Below are positions 10,601-20,387 of a stretch of DNA of 64,000 nt, piece after piece; the first letter of the stretch is position 1; the number at the start of each line of letters is the position of its first letter. Position numbers and translations under genes: made by a program. The stretch is from Nemertoderma westbladi (taxonomy: Eukaryota > Animalia > Xenacoelomorpha): the NCBI GenBank assembly GCA_032718475.1, contig JAUCBJ010007487.1:37272-101271 (forward strand). The letters run 5' to 3'. The notes beneath the pieces are model-generated. The model saw nothing but the letters and a program-made list of their open reading frames with translations, did not search any database and was not told the origin of the DNA.

Positions 10601-13600
10601 TCCTGAAACTGTCCAGAGAGAAGACACCGGAAAACAAGGTAAGTGAAAAACCCGTCTCTAGGAGAAAGATAACACCAGTGTGTTATACAGACGACGGCGA
10701 AAGCCAGACTTCTCAAGGAGAAGATAGCGGGAAGGACACCGATAGATCTTATTACGTGAATAAAATGCCTAAAGATCAGGTGAGTAAATTCAAGTCTCGA
10801 ACAAATGACAGGAGAGAACAGGTAAGAAAAACTCCTCCTACGTCTCCCAAGAGAATTCAGGTGAGAAAGCCCGAAGACAAAGCAAGTGTACACAATGTGA
10901 CTCAGAGTAAGGTGAGTAACATCAAACCGAAATGTGCGCTATGTGACTGGACCCACCGTTTGAATATGTATGATGAATTCCTGAAGAAATCATTAACTGA
11001 GAGACGTGAAGTCATGTGGGATAAGCGGTTATGTTATAATTGCCTCAGACAAGGACACCAACGGCGTACCTGTTTCTCTGACATAAGGTGTGCGAAGTGT
11101 GGTGCGAAACATCATATCTTATTGCACGCTGAATTCGAGCGAAATAGTCCGAATCAGGTAAGTGATTCCGAACTACATGTCCAATTCAGTGATGTGAACG
11201 ACACTGATCAATCTGAGATGGAAGGATTCTATACGGATGAGTTCTCCGATGAAAACGAATCCTGTTACCTGATAAATACCGCAGTGTATCGAGCACTCAC
11301 ATATGAAAAAGATACAGACAGCGACCTCACTCTAACTACTTCTGAACGACAACCGTCTTGGAAAGAGCCATCTTCCAATGTAGGGATTAGAGAATTTCCT
11401 GTGGTACAAGTAAGGGTTCACGGACCTAAACGGAGTTACGTAGTGAACGCCCTCCTTGACTCCGGTAGTACAGGAACATTCATCGACCAAGAGCTAGCCG
11501 AAGACATATTTGCTGGACAACCCAAGTTCCGAACTACGCTAAACATGTCAGGCATTATGCAAGTCTGGAAATCCACAATAACAGCGGATTATTATGTAGG
11601 AGCGTTGTCCACCCCCCAGGACGAACTAGGAGAACATAGCATCAGGTCAGTGAAAATGGTAGCTATAAAGAACTTCGCTACTACCCAAGCAGACCTTTAT
11701 AATTGGGACGAGGATGAGAGCATCCAACATCTTAACATACCTCGATTTCAGACTGATTATTCTGGAGTGCAAATACTCATCGGCCAAAACGCGCATGAAG
11801 CGCTGGAGACATTAGAGAAACGGCCTGCTCAACCGCAGCCACTACAGACCTATGCGGTAAGAACTAGAGTAGGTTGGTACTTTACTGGACCTTCCCGTAG
11901 AACACTCAGAGAAAGACTACCGCAAGAGCGAGTTTGCCAGGTGAGTGAATGGGAAGATGATACTAGTGAAGGAGACGATTTAACTGAGGGAACTCCATAC
12001 TCCTCAGATAACGACGACATTCACCAGCTCTTTGATGAAGAGAATACTATCGATCTCCTTAAAGAAAACGAGGCTTGGCAAAACCAAGTGAACTTATGTC
12101 AACTTCTTTATCCATCTGAACGAGAAGCTTATAACGACGAGTTAAATGACGTCATTGAGCGTTGTAATGCCAAGACTCGAGATGAACATGCTGTACGATT
12201 CTTTACGCAAGAGGCAGTAGAGCCCAATTCCTACGATAAGGCCTTATCAGTGGAAGAGGAAAGGGCCAAGCAGATCCAAGAGACGACTACACGTTTCATC
12301 AAAGATCAAGGTAGGTATGAAGTCGGTTTACCTTTTCGCAAGAAAGAACCGAAGTTCATCAATAACAGACCTTTGGCGGAAAAAAGAATCGCGCAACTCC
12401 ATCGACGCCTTACGGCTAATTCTTCAGCTAAAGCAATGTATCAAACACAGCTGGAAAAATTTATTAACAAGGGATACGCGGAGAGAGTACCGGAAGAAAC
12501 ACCTGTGACTGAAAGAACGTATTACTTAACTCACCATTACGTTCCTAAACCCGGTAAGCCACACGAAGTGAGAGTAGTGTTTGATGGCTCCGCTCTTTAC
12601 ATGGGTCAATCCCTTAACTCTGAATTGTTACCCGGACCCAACTTGCTTCAATCTTTGTTGGGAATTCTTTTAAGATTGAGACAATATTCGATTGCTTTCG
12701 CCTCCGATATAGAAGGCATGTTCTTACAAGTCAAGGTGTTAGATAGGGATCGAGATAGTCTACGATTTCTGTGGTGGCCCGAAGGAGATCTCAACCAGAA
12801 ACCGGTGGAGTACTGGATGACCATCCAGGCCTTTGGGATAATCTCAAGCCCTTCCAACGCCTGTTCGGTAGTGCGTACTACTGCAGAGGACAACCGAGAG
12901 GCATTCTCTAAGGAAGTGATCGACAACATCAAGAGAGACATATACATGGACGACAATCTGAAGTCCCTCCCATCAGTTGAGGAAGCCATTGAGGTCGCTA
13001 AGGGAACGGTAGAGTGCTTAAAAAGAGGTGGATTTCGATTAACCAAATTCACCAGCAACTCCCGTGAGTTTCTGGAGTCGATCCCTGCGGAAGATCGAGG
13101 AGCGAAAGATCTCGATTTGATCAAAGATGATCTGCCAGAGACCAAGACACTCGGCTTGAAATGGGACACAGAGCGAGATATCCTGTTTTTCCAGCTAAAA
13201 CAGCGCGATAATCCAGTTCGAACCAAACGGATTTGCTTAAGTATACTGAGCACTTATTTCGATCCATTGGGATTTATTAGCCCAGTTATATTGATTGCTC
13301 GTAGTTTGGTACAACAAATGTGGCTTGAAAACCACTCATGGGACGATCCACTTAAGGGGGAATTATTGAAGCAGTGGATGAAATGGGAAGATTCTCTGCC
13401 AGTTATCGAGGATTTTATAATTTCCCGTTCATATTTTGGTCATGTTCTCCCTACGTATTCCTATCAACTCCATGTGTTTGGAGACGCCAGCGATATGGGA
13501 ATCGGTATAGTAGCCTACCTAAGAGTGGAAACTCCGGATGGAATCAAAGTCGCCTTGGTTACTTCTAAGGCATTAATCAACAACAAGTTGAAAGTTCCTC

Positions 13601-15828
13601 GAGCGGAGTTAAAAGCGGCTCTATACGCTACAGCCATCGGCCGGAATGTAACCGAACAGATTGACTATACATTAGAGAAAACTGTCTATTGGACCGACGT
13701 TTTACTCGTGTTAGAGTATATAACCAATGAAGTCTGTCAGTTCAGCGTCTTCGTTACCAACAGGGTAGCCATCATACTTAGTCGCACGACGATGGACCAA
13801 TGGAGACATTGCCCCAGAACGATTAACCCAGCAGACATCGCTTCCCGAGGAGCGACTCCAAAGGAATTGGTAAATACTCCCGAATGGTTAGGAGGACCCG
13901 ACTTTCTCTACAGAGAAGAAGAAGAATGGCCTCCCCATCTCACAACAGCAGAGATCAGACAGGCCAAGGGAGCGGAGAAAGTTAAACCCAAAACTCGAGC
14001 GAGTAAATCGAAGTTGTTTAAACCTGCGGTTGATCTATCTGTATTATTTACTTCCGGAGATGATGCTTTGGATCAGAAACCCACCGCCACGACTAAAGAA
14101 ATCTTGGAAATCCGTGACAAGGATTGGAAATCTGGAATACCAGATATCGCGCAAGGACTCTCACCTCTCTTGCAGAGAGCGATACGTCACTACAGTTCCT
14201 GGAATCGGCTCTGTAAAGCTGTTACCTATTTGAAACGATGTTTTCATCATCGTTACTCCGGAACAAAGACCCATAGTGATGATGCTCCATCAACATCTGC
14301 ACGAGTCCATGTTGTTAAAGATCTTCCCCAATACAAGGTATCCGACAGGTTTCTAAAGGAGAAGATCAGTTACCAGGAGCATGATGAAACCAACAAACAG
14401 ATGCTGAGACTTCTACAATGTTATGAGGATTCCGATAAGTATTTCCTGTTGTTAAGAAATCCGCAGATGCGCTTAAGGGATCGCTTCTCTAGTACCATGA
14501 TAGATGGGTTAATACGTGTTGGAGGTAGGCTGACCAACGCCCCATTATCCTTTGACACTAAGTTTCCCATCCTCATTAGAAATCTTGACATACAAATCAA
14601 GATAATTGTAGATGTTCATAGCAAACTGTACCATGCTGGTAGAGAACGAGTTCTGAGCGAAATTCGAACTCGCTACTATTTTTATAAACCCCGTAGGGCT
14701 CTGAACCAAGTTCTTAGGAACTGCATACCCTGTAGGAAAGCATTCAGTAGGCCTTTAACACAGCGAGAGGCAGAATTACCTAGGGAAAGAGTAAGCTTCT
14801 ATGAACCACCCTTTACTAATACCGGTGTGGATTTATTTGGCCCTATTGAAGTATATCGTGCCCGGACTATAGTCAAGAGATGGTGTGTCATCTTCGTTTG
14901 TATGACTTGTAGAGCTATCCATCTCGATATGGTAAACGATCTCTCCACCAACAGCTTCGTGTTGAGTTTACGACGACAGATCGCTCGCTTCGGAACCAGT
15001 AACACGATGAGATCGGATAAGGGAACGAACTTCATTGGCGCCAACAACGAAATTCAAGCTTACGTAAAGGACTGGAACAAAAGACAGGTGGACGATCAGC
15101 TAAGGATAACAGCGTCTAGCTGGACCTTCAACGCCGCCGACGCCCCTTGGTGGGGAGGAAGTTGGGAGAGATTGATTAGGAGCGTGAAGACTGCGTTCCA
15201 CTTTATTGTGCCTTGTCGCGCTTATCTCACCGACGAACTATTGCGGACGTTAATGGAGGAAATCGCCGCCTATCTCAACGAAAGACCGCTTATGCCAGTC
15301 TCTTCAAATCCTGATTCCCTGGAAGCGCTAACACCCGCGCACTTTCTACTGAAGAAACCCGTAGCCATGCTCCCACGATCGGAGATCACAGACGGAGACG
15401 AGTACTGCCGTCGAACCTGGCAACTTATGCAGTTGCTATCCCGTCGTTTCGCTGACCATTTCGAGAAACATTCCCTGCCCACTCTACAACTTCGAACTAA
15501 GTGGTTTGCGCAGCAAGAAAACGTCAGCGCTGGAGACATGGTGCTTATTGTGGACCCCGATCTCCCACGTAAGCGATGGCAAACAGGACGTATCATCGAG
15601 ACTTATATCTCGAGCGATGGTTTGGTGCGATCAGTAGAGCTCGTCGTCATGCGGCGGAACTTTAAGAAACCAGGGATAGTCTTTGAGACTCAACAGCTCA
15701 ATCGCCCAGTGGGTCGTTTATGTTTACTGGAAAGAGACAGAGAGCTCTCCGGAAACTATGGAAGGCAAGAAACTCTTCCCACGACCACTTCCCTAATTCA
15801 ACCGACATCTAGGGGCTCCCCAACTTAA
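7663..15828 (+). CDS. BEL/Pao gag-pol polyprotein (2721 aa)
   Basis: DUF1759-like gag (IVKFNGDEMKWLPF), triple Cys/His knuckles (CYNCLRQGHQRRTC, CAKCGAKHHILLH), protease LLDSGS, RT YMDD, Pao RNase H VFGDAS, integrase H-H-C-C with GVDLFGP / SDKGTNF / WERL, DUF5641-like tail. Confidence 0.97.
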   Translation: MSDTKQNLSDSLLDVTICDSDRGVEPSSRKFGSPPTVRKVIPPVVITEPRLVQHRRSIIGTRAQVKRDQEAAEQQQPASQELIPQRPSSSSSEDTVELTPERGAEMTDVVYTDPLLILPAAVLIRLLIAVEEHQIDWARSQRSTRDSYAGYTREELNSIVESQWNFPGPGLPFDLSEAAWEDIHRMGVAKETIDPAVWKRSAAGYAQGFFSSMERVERQLFKQPQGPQEQGQLLYQVRERVLRIRLILSAFEEASKRRQDTSLQVAVKTWFQRVRRQVQGAAQWKAQLEERSTHGESTDATFSQMESEATAEKPHKKDAIDIYLSDYQRFLGDEELRRRLEGLSPNSEGAKLVLDAIDVDRLAANQAKFDEQLRIAREKEEQVRKKRIEDRKIAAVAKAERKAAAAEAKAAAAEAKAAAAEAKAAAVAEAERKAAAAEAKAAVAEAKAAAVAEVERKAAEEIIQLELENLQEKQDDFSKQLAASNMQMMSRSTPKRQGYTSSEEGDTTDTEGGGKRSRLSRRKRTFHRQKLPDLPPAVRRQLNNTKLGSTEPTDQIIEIERLPTIVDEPEIIRPVLEITPTVIDTPVLPEATYKFPLHSTKLPVPRRTAQETVQVLDPERSIHDLSPVVPRLPATTLADPVSAVDWVDERRRGMDILLGEMKENRIRSSQQVRELEGTVQHLKGTVRESKLELQEVQQSIALERDKLVNLKKGIPPPSVTMCQPVRSEVSHAQGVEPTRIYTASEVETPIVNPIKGNYRPVDNDIPYRPDHNPRNLYTDNSILNNTMAQESFTRQMARTEARQAVKVGEIVKFNGDEMKWLPFNEYYKDNIQNSVLSNGEKLRFLIECLEGSPKLMALKFIGHPDGLRQVWDTLNIRYGNKNNIAKYLYAKLVAPRKFINSGIIEFSDEIQEICRQLDWLGKSHEYQSSMVIGAVASTLPKGGVGTRWDKKVLYMMEQQQRDPTMSDLMSFLDGEVKLQLLKLSREKTPENKVSEKPVSRRKITPVCYTDDGESQTSQGEDSGKDTDRSYYVNKMPKDQVSKFKSRTNDRREQVRKTPPTSPKRIQVRKPEDKASVHNVTQSKVSNIKPKCALCDWTHRLNMYDEFLKKSLTERREVMWDKRLCYNCLRQGHQRRTCFSDIRCAKCGAKHHILLHAEFERNSPNQVSDSELHVQFSDVNDTDQSEMEGFYTDEFSDENESCYLINTAVYRALTYEKDTDSDLTLTTSERQPSWKEPSSNVGIREFPVVQVRVHGPKRSYVVNALLDSGSTGTFIDQELAEDIFAGQPKFRTTLNMSGIMQVWKSTITADYYVGALSTPQDELGEHSIRSVKMVAIKNFATTQADLYNWDEDESIQHLNIPRFQTDYSGVQILIGQNAHEALETLEKRPAQPQPLQTYAVRTRVGWYFTGPSRRTLRERLPQERVCQVSEWEDDTSEGDDLTEGTPYSSDNDDIHQLFDEENTIDLLKENEAWQNQVNLCQLLYPSEREAYNDELNDVIERCNAKTRDEHAVRFFTQEAVEPNSYDKALSVEEERAKQIQETTTRFIKDQGRYEVGLPFRKKEPKFINNRPLAEKRIAQLHRRLTANSSAKAMYQTQLEKFINKGYAERVPEETPVTERTYYLTHHYVPKPGKPHEVRVVFDGSALYMGQSLNSELLPGPNLLQSLLGILLRLRQYSIAFASDIEGMFLQVKVLDRDRDSLRFLWWPEGDLNQKPVEYWMTIQAFGIISSPSNACSVVRTTAEDNREAFSKEVIDNIKRDIYMDDNLKSLPSVEEAIEVAKGTVECLKRGGFRLTKFTSNSREFLESIPAEDRGAKDLDLIKDDLPETKTLGLKWDTERDILFFQLKQRDNPVRTKRICLSILSTYFDPLGFISPVILIARSLVQQMWLENHSWDDPLKGELLKQWMKWEDSLPVIEDFIISRSYFGHVLPTYSYQLHVFGDASDMGIGIVAYLRVETPDGIKVALVTSKALINNKLKVPRAELKAALYATAIGRNVTEQIDYTLEKTVYWTDVLLVLEYITNEVCQFSVFVTNRVAIILSRTTMDQWRHCPRTINPADIASRGATPKELVNTPEWLGGPDFLYREEEEWPPHLTTAEIRQAKGAEKVKPKTRASKSKLFKPAVDLSVLFTSGDDALDQKPTATTKEILEIRDKDWKSGIPDIAQGLSPLLQRAIRHYSSWNRLCKAVTYLKRCFHHRYSGTKTHSDDAPSTSARVHVVKDLPQYKVSDRFLKEKISYQEHDETNKQMLRLLQCYEDSDKYFLLLRNPQMRLRDRFSSTMIDGLIRVGGRLTNAPLSFDTKFPILIRNLDIQIKIIVDVHSKLYHAGRERVLSEIRTRYYFYKPRRALNQVLRNCIPCRKAFSRPLTQREAELPRERVSFYEPPFTNTGVDLFGPIEVYRARTIVKRWCVIFVCMTCRAIHLDMVNDLSTNSFVLSLRRQIARFGTSNTMRSDKGTNFIGANNEIQAYVKDWNKRQVDDQLRITASSWTFNAADAPWWGGSWERLIRSVKTAFHFIVPCRAYLTDELLRTLMEEIAAYLNERPLMPVSSNPDSLEALTPAHFLLKKPVAMLPRSEITDGDEYCRRTWQLMQLLSRRFADHFEKHSLPTLQLRTKWFAQQENVSAGDMVLIVDPDLPRKRWQTGRIIETYISSDGLVRSVELVVMRRNFKKPGIVFETQQLNRPVGRLCLLERDRELSGNYGRQETLPTTTSLIQPTSRGSPT

Positions 15829-16370
15829 TATCGTTCGGAGTGGGCGTGTGACTCTATTATTTTATATTATTTTATTATTTTTATATTTATGTATGTATTA
15901 CTATGTAATTTTATTATAATCGTTTTATTTAATCTAGTAGAATATTATTTAGCGATTATTTTGTAGAATAGTGCAATATATTCGTGTTTATTACGTACGT
16001 CATTACTTATATTATATTTAGTGAGACGGCGAAGAAATAATTATTTTTCTCTTTCCTTACTGTCCGTATTATATTATAAATACGTAACTACAGTAAGATG
16101 AAATGTCCGTACTTATTAAAGTACAATAAAGCCACTACTATATTTAAGTATTATTGGTAGGCAGAGTATTAGGAATGCAAAGTTCAGATCCTCGTGTCTC
16201 GGCTAAACCAAGCTCTGGGTAGACCTTGGAAACGACTTGCCTCTTCACACTGACATTGCTTCGTGCGATATTGCTCTCATACCGTATATTAAATAATACA
16301 TATAGTAGCGTGATGTCCCTTTAACAGTAGCGTATAACGCAAAATAAATCTGTTAAACCCTTTGACCATC

Positions 16371-16660
16371 TGTAATTCTAGTCGATTAAGATATCGTGGC
16401 ACCCACCGATATACTTGAAAGACAAATTATAGAATCAGTGGTTAACGTCCCCAGACAAGTTCTGGAATAAATCGGTGCCCATCTCAAATATTAATTAGTT
16501 AATATTTACAAATCAAATAAGTCAAAATCTGTAAAATTCAGATCCTTCAACAATTCTCGTCAATTAAGATATCGTAGCATTTACCGATATTCTTAAAGAG
16601 ACAATTTTCTTAGAATTAAGGATCTTGTGTCCCTAGACAAGTTCTAGAATCAAAATATGT
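16371..16660 (+). repeat. Two diverged ~110-bp direct repeats with conserved hairpins
   Basis: TTAAGATATCG...CGATAT and CCAGA-CAAGT-TCTGG / CTAGA-CAAGT-TCTAG recur about 180 bp apart. Confidence 0.7.
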
Positions 16661-17462
16661 CCATTTAATTATCAAATAATAAAATTTCAGGGAATAAATT
16701 TAAATTCATGTCTTTTAATGAATTTAATAAATTGCCATTTTACGCGATTTATAACATTCCCAAAATTCCATTAATTAATAGATCAAGGGAGCGGAGATTT
16801 GTATTATTGTGCGTGTGCGTGTACGAAAGTCTCCCAAACATAGTCAATAGCCGATAAAATTCGTAAAGTCATGTATAAACAGGACATTGACTATTAAAGA
16901 ATTCCTATTAAATAACATCCCAGATCTGTATGCATTGGAATTACCCTAATTCTACCGCTAGCTTTACATAATGTCACCATAGCAACAACCACGCTAGAAT
17001 TAGAATTGAGTTAAAAGAACAATAGAAAGCTTGTCCCATTGAATAGCATAGGGAATAAATAGCGCACTGCTAGTATCCAAGGATACATAATAATACAGTG
17101 ACATTCTGGAAGGCATTGACTAACGGACAAATGGCCCGAATGTGCGTAGTTGTGACCAGTTGTGTGGTATTTGTGAGTTTATAGGTGAATGTTACTGCTA
17201 AAGTGTGTTTACAGTAGCTAGTCGCAATCGTAAAGTAACCTAACTCTCCAAGGAATACCTGAAGTACATCTAAGCCTTTGGGACGGACAGTGGAGTGACT
17301 TGTGCCGGTTATCGTTGTCGTTGTACAGCTACGTCGTTGGCGAAAGTACAGCTACACTGAGAATCTCCTACTGTCCGGGGGCAAGGGAGAAATAGGCAGC
17401 GACGCCCGCTCGCCTAACGATATATAAACTCATTATAATATTGGTGAACTTGTATAGCAGAT

Positions 17463-18878
17463 ATGACTGAATTAATAGAAGATGATCTTGGTATCAGGGA
17501 GAGATATACTCTACCTTTACAAGCGTTTGTCGATAGCTTGATACGCGGCGACGCTGATCCAACTACTACGGAAGACGATGGTCGTTATATCGAACCGCCA
17601 ATGTCCCAGGAGCAACTTACGCGTGAATTGGATTATAGAAAGTTCACTGCTCGCTATACGCATCGTAATGGTACGTATATGGACTTCTTGACTACTGGTC
17701 ACCCTATCGATTTACACGATACGGACGATGTAGACACCGAAAGGGAAATGGTTTTATTTAAATATCATACCCAGCGGAGTCGAAACGATAAATCGAGAAT
17801 AGAACACGAGAACTCTATTCGAAACAAACTCGAAAGAGAAGACGTTGAAGAACCTGATAAACGTAACGGTTTCAACGATTATCTAGAATTCTTACGAGAG
17901 ACCTATCTCAATGTTGCCAGTCAACAAAACCTCGAAACTCGATATCCCCAAGGTATACATCCAGATCCTATAATGGAACTCAAACGGCTCTATTTTACGA
18001 TGATGTATCTTACCGCCGATCGACCGCTACCTGTCGTTCCAGATAGCTTCGAACAGATGGAGGAATATTGTAAAACTGGAGAGCGATCACCCGCGTTTCC
18101 CCTTCAAGACGTGCGTCTTTGGTATTACTGTGACGAATGCCCTAGACCTAACCAGCAAATCGAAAGGCATAAACATCCTCGGAGACGTTGCGCTAAACAC
18201 AGTTTTACGCGATATACTTATGGGAGTTTCGAGCGTAACCTTTTCGATGTATCACCTACGGTCGCGCGCCTTAAGCGATCATTGAATAAACCCATGATCA
18301 GAGTTCCGGAATACTCGGTCAGACCTCCCCATTCCCAAGTGATACCTCAAACTCTAGATCCTAATAGTATTACGGATCCTCCCGAACTGTACTCACTGTT
18401 CAAAGATCTGGTGTTACCTGAACAGTTGATTGGTGGCACTCCGGTAGTGGGTTCGTTGGATATTCGCCAACCTTACCTCGCTGGACTAGGACGCGGTCAT
18501 TTAATATCACCGTTTAACCCCTACAACCGTCCTGGCCTTCCTCCGATCCAACCTGTTACAGAAGTCGAAGAGAGCGTGATACGAAATGCATTGGACGCTA
18601 TTCGGCAGAAAATCGGAAAAGGAACTTACGATTGCTTGGAGAAACGTAAATTGCAACAACAAGTCCAAGCGGTGAAAGAACTAGCTTTACCCCAGTTCGA
18701 TAGAGAAATACAAAATCTAGAGGAGGACATCGAACGTGGACGAACCTACTCTTTACAGGAATCTTACATACATCTAAGCCTTTGGGACGGACAGTTGAGT
18801 GACTTGTGCCGGTTGTCGTTGTCGTTGTGCGGCTACGTCGTTGGCGAAAGTACAGCGGCGACGACACATCGGCGCTGA
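17463..18878 (+). CDS. Accessory ORF2 of the BEL element, unknown function, not env-like (471 aa)
   Basis: Long non-repetitive ORF between pol and the 3' LTR. No signal peptide or TM segment; WYYCDEC...H.H...C..H cluster. The last ~40 aa are read-through into the duplicated upstream segment. Confidence 0.8.
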   Translation: MTELIEDDLGIRERYTLPLQAFVDSLIRGDADPTTTEDDGRYIEPPMSQEQLTRELDYRKFTARYTHRNGTYMDFLTTGHPIDLHDTDDVDTEREMVLFKYHTQRSRNDKSRIEHENSIRNKLEREDVEEPDKRNGFNDYLEFLRETYLNVASQQNLETRYPQGIHPDPIMELKRLYFTMMYLTADRPLPVVPDSFEQMEEYCKTGERSPAFPLQDVRLWYYCDECPRPNQQIERHKHPRRRCAKHSFTRYTYGSFERNLFDVSPTVARLKRSLNKPMIRVPEYSVRPPHSQVIPQTLDPNSITDPPELYSLFKDLVLPEQLIGGTPVVGSLDIRQPYLAGLGRGHLISPFNPYNRPGLPPIQPVTEVEESVIRNALDAIRQKIGKGTYDCLEKRKLQQQVQAVKELALPQFDREIQNLEEDIERGRTYSLQESYIHLSLWDGQLSDLCRLSLSLCGYVVGESTAATTHRR

Positions 18879-18977
18879 GGATCTCGTACTGTCCGGGGGT
18901 TGATTGGGGTAGGCAGCGACGCCCGCTCGCCTAAATATAAACTCATTATAATACGGATAAACTCATATATAGCAGAT

Positions 18978-20317
18978 ATGACGGAGTTGATAGAAGATGG
19001 TCTTAGTATCGGGGAGCGATATACTCTATTTTTACAAGCGTTTGTTGATAGCTTAATACGCGGCGACGTTAGTCCAACTGCTGCGGAGGACGATGGTTGT
19101 TATATCGAACCGCCAATGTCCCAAGAGCAGCTCGCGCGAGTTGGACTATAGAAAATTCGCTGCTCGATATACGCAGCGTAATGGTACGTATATGGTCTTC
19201 TTAACTACTGGTCATCCTATCGATTTACATAATACGGACTATGTCGACTATATATCCTGCCCAGCGGAGTCGGAACCATAAACTGAAATTCGAATGCGAA
19301 AATTCTATTCGAAATCGACTCGAAAGAAAAGACACTAAAGAAACAAATAAACGTGGTAACTCCAACGTATATTTGGAATTCTTGATAGAAGCATTGTAAC
19401 AACAAATAAATATCACCCGCGTTTCCCCCTACCAGACGTGCGTCTTTGGTATTATTACGATAAATGCCCTAGACCCAACTAATAAACGGAAAGACATAAA
19501 CATCCACGGAAACGTTGTGTTAAACACAGTTGTGCTCGTTATATTTACTGGAGTTTCAAGCGAAACTTGTTTGACGTATCACCTATGCTCACTCGGCTCG
19601 AACGATCCTGGAGTAAACCTACGATCAGAGTCCCGGAATACTCGGTCAAACCTCCTCATTCCTTAGTTGGACCTCAGACCTGCGATCCTGGTGGTGTCGC
19701 GGATCCTCGCGGACTGTATTCACTGTTCAAAGATCTAGTACTACCCTAACAATTAATCGGTAACACTCCGACAGTGATTTCTAGCTAGCCGCCCATCTTA
19801 CCTAGCCGGATTGTGACGCGGACATTTAATATCGCCGTTTAACCCTTACCATCGTCCCGGCTTGACACGATATAACCTGTCACCAGAGTGGCGGAGAACG
19901 TTGTACCGAACGAGTTAAACGCTATTCTACAAAGATCAGAAAGGAAACCTACGTTTGTTCAGATAAACGTAAGTTATAACAGCAAGTCCAAGCGATAAAC
20001 GAATTGTCTTTATCTCAGTTCGATTGTGAAATCCAGAATCTCTAAGAAGATATCGCACTTAGACAACCCCATTCTCTGCGAGAGTTTCTGGATGAACGTA
20101 TCCAGCTACGAGCGGAGGAAAATCAGCTCGAGGAGAAGCATATCGAAACGGCGGATACCCCGACCATAATCCTACACCTTCTGATGCAATCATATTGCAC
20201 CCTTCACCCAGGATTTATAGCCCTCCTAGTAAAGTGGCTCCCCCAAAGAGAAAAGGACTCTTGCTAGCCTCAAGAAACTGCGTAAACGCCGTCCGCGCAA
20301 AGAAACTAACTGTTTAG
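18978..20317 (+). pseudogene. Degenerate second copy of accessory ORF2
   Basis: Starts MTELIEDG..., collinear with 17463 onward, with frameshifts, stops and an internal deletion. Continues beyond the point where copy 1 is interrupted. Confidence 0.9.
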
Positions 20318-20379
20318 AGTATCTTTATGTTTTAGAAACTGTGATTTTTATATTTTATAGACTGAAAATCCCATTTTCT

Positions 20380-20387
20380 GGGAGCGG
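20380..20387 (+). promoter_or_regulatory. Short polypurine tract
   Basis: GGGAGCGG immediately before the TGT start of the 3' LTR. Confidence 0.7.

Noticed and set aside
8643-15596. Antisense ORFs within gag-pol
   Set aside because: Shadows of the coding strand and of the Ala repeat.
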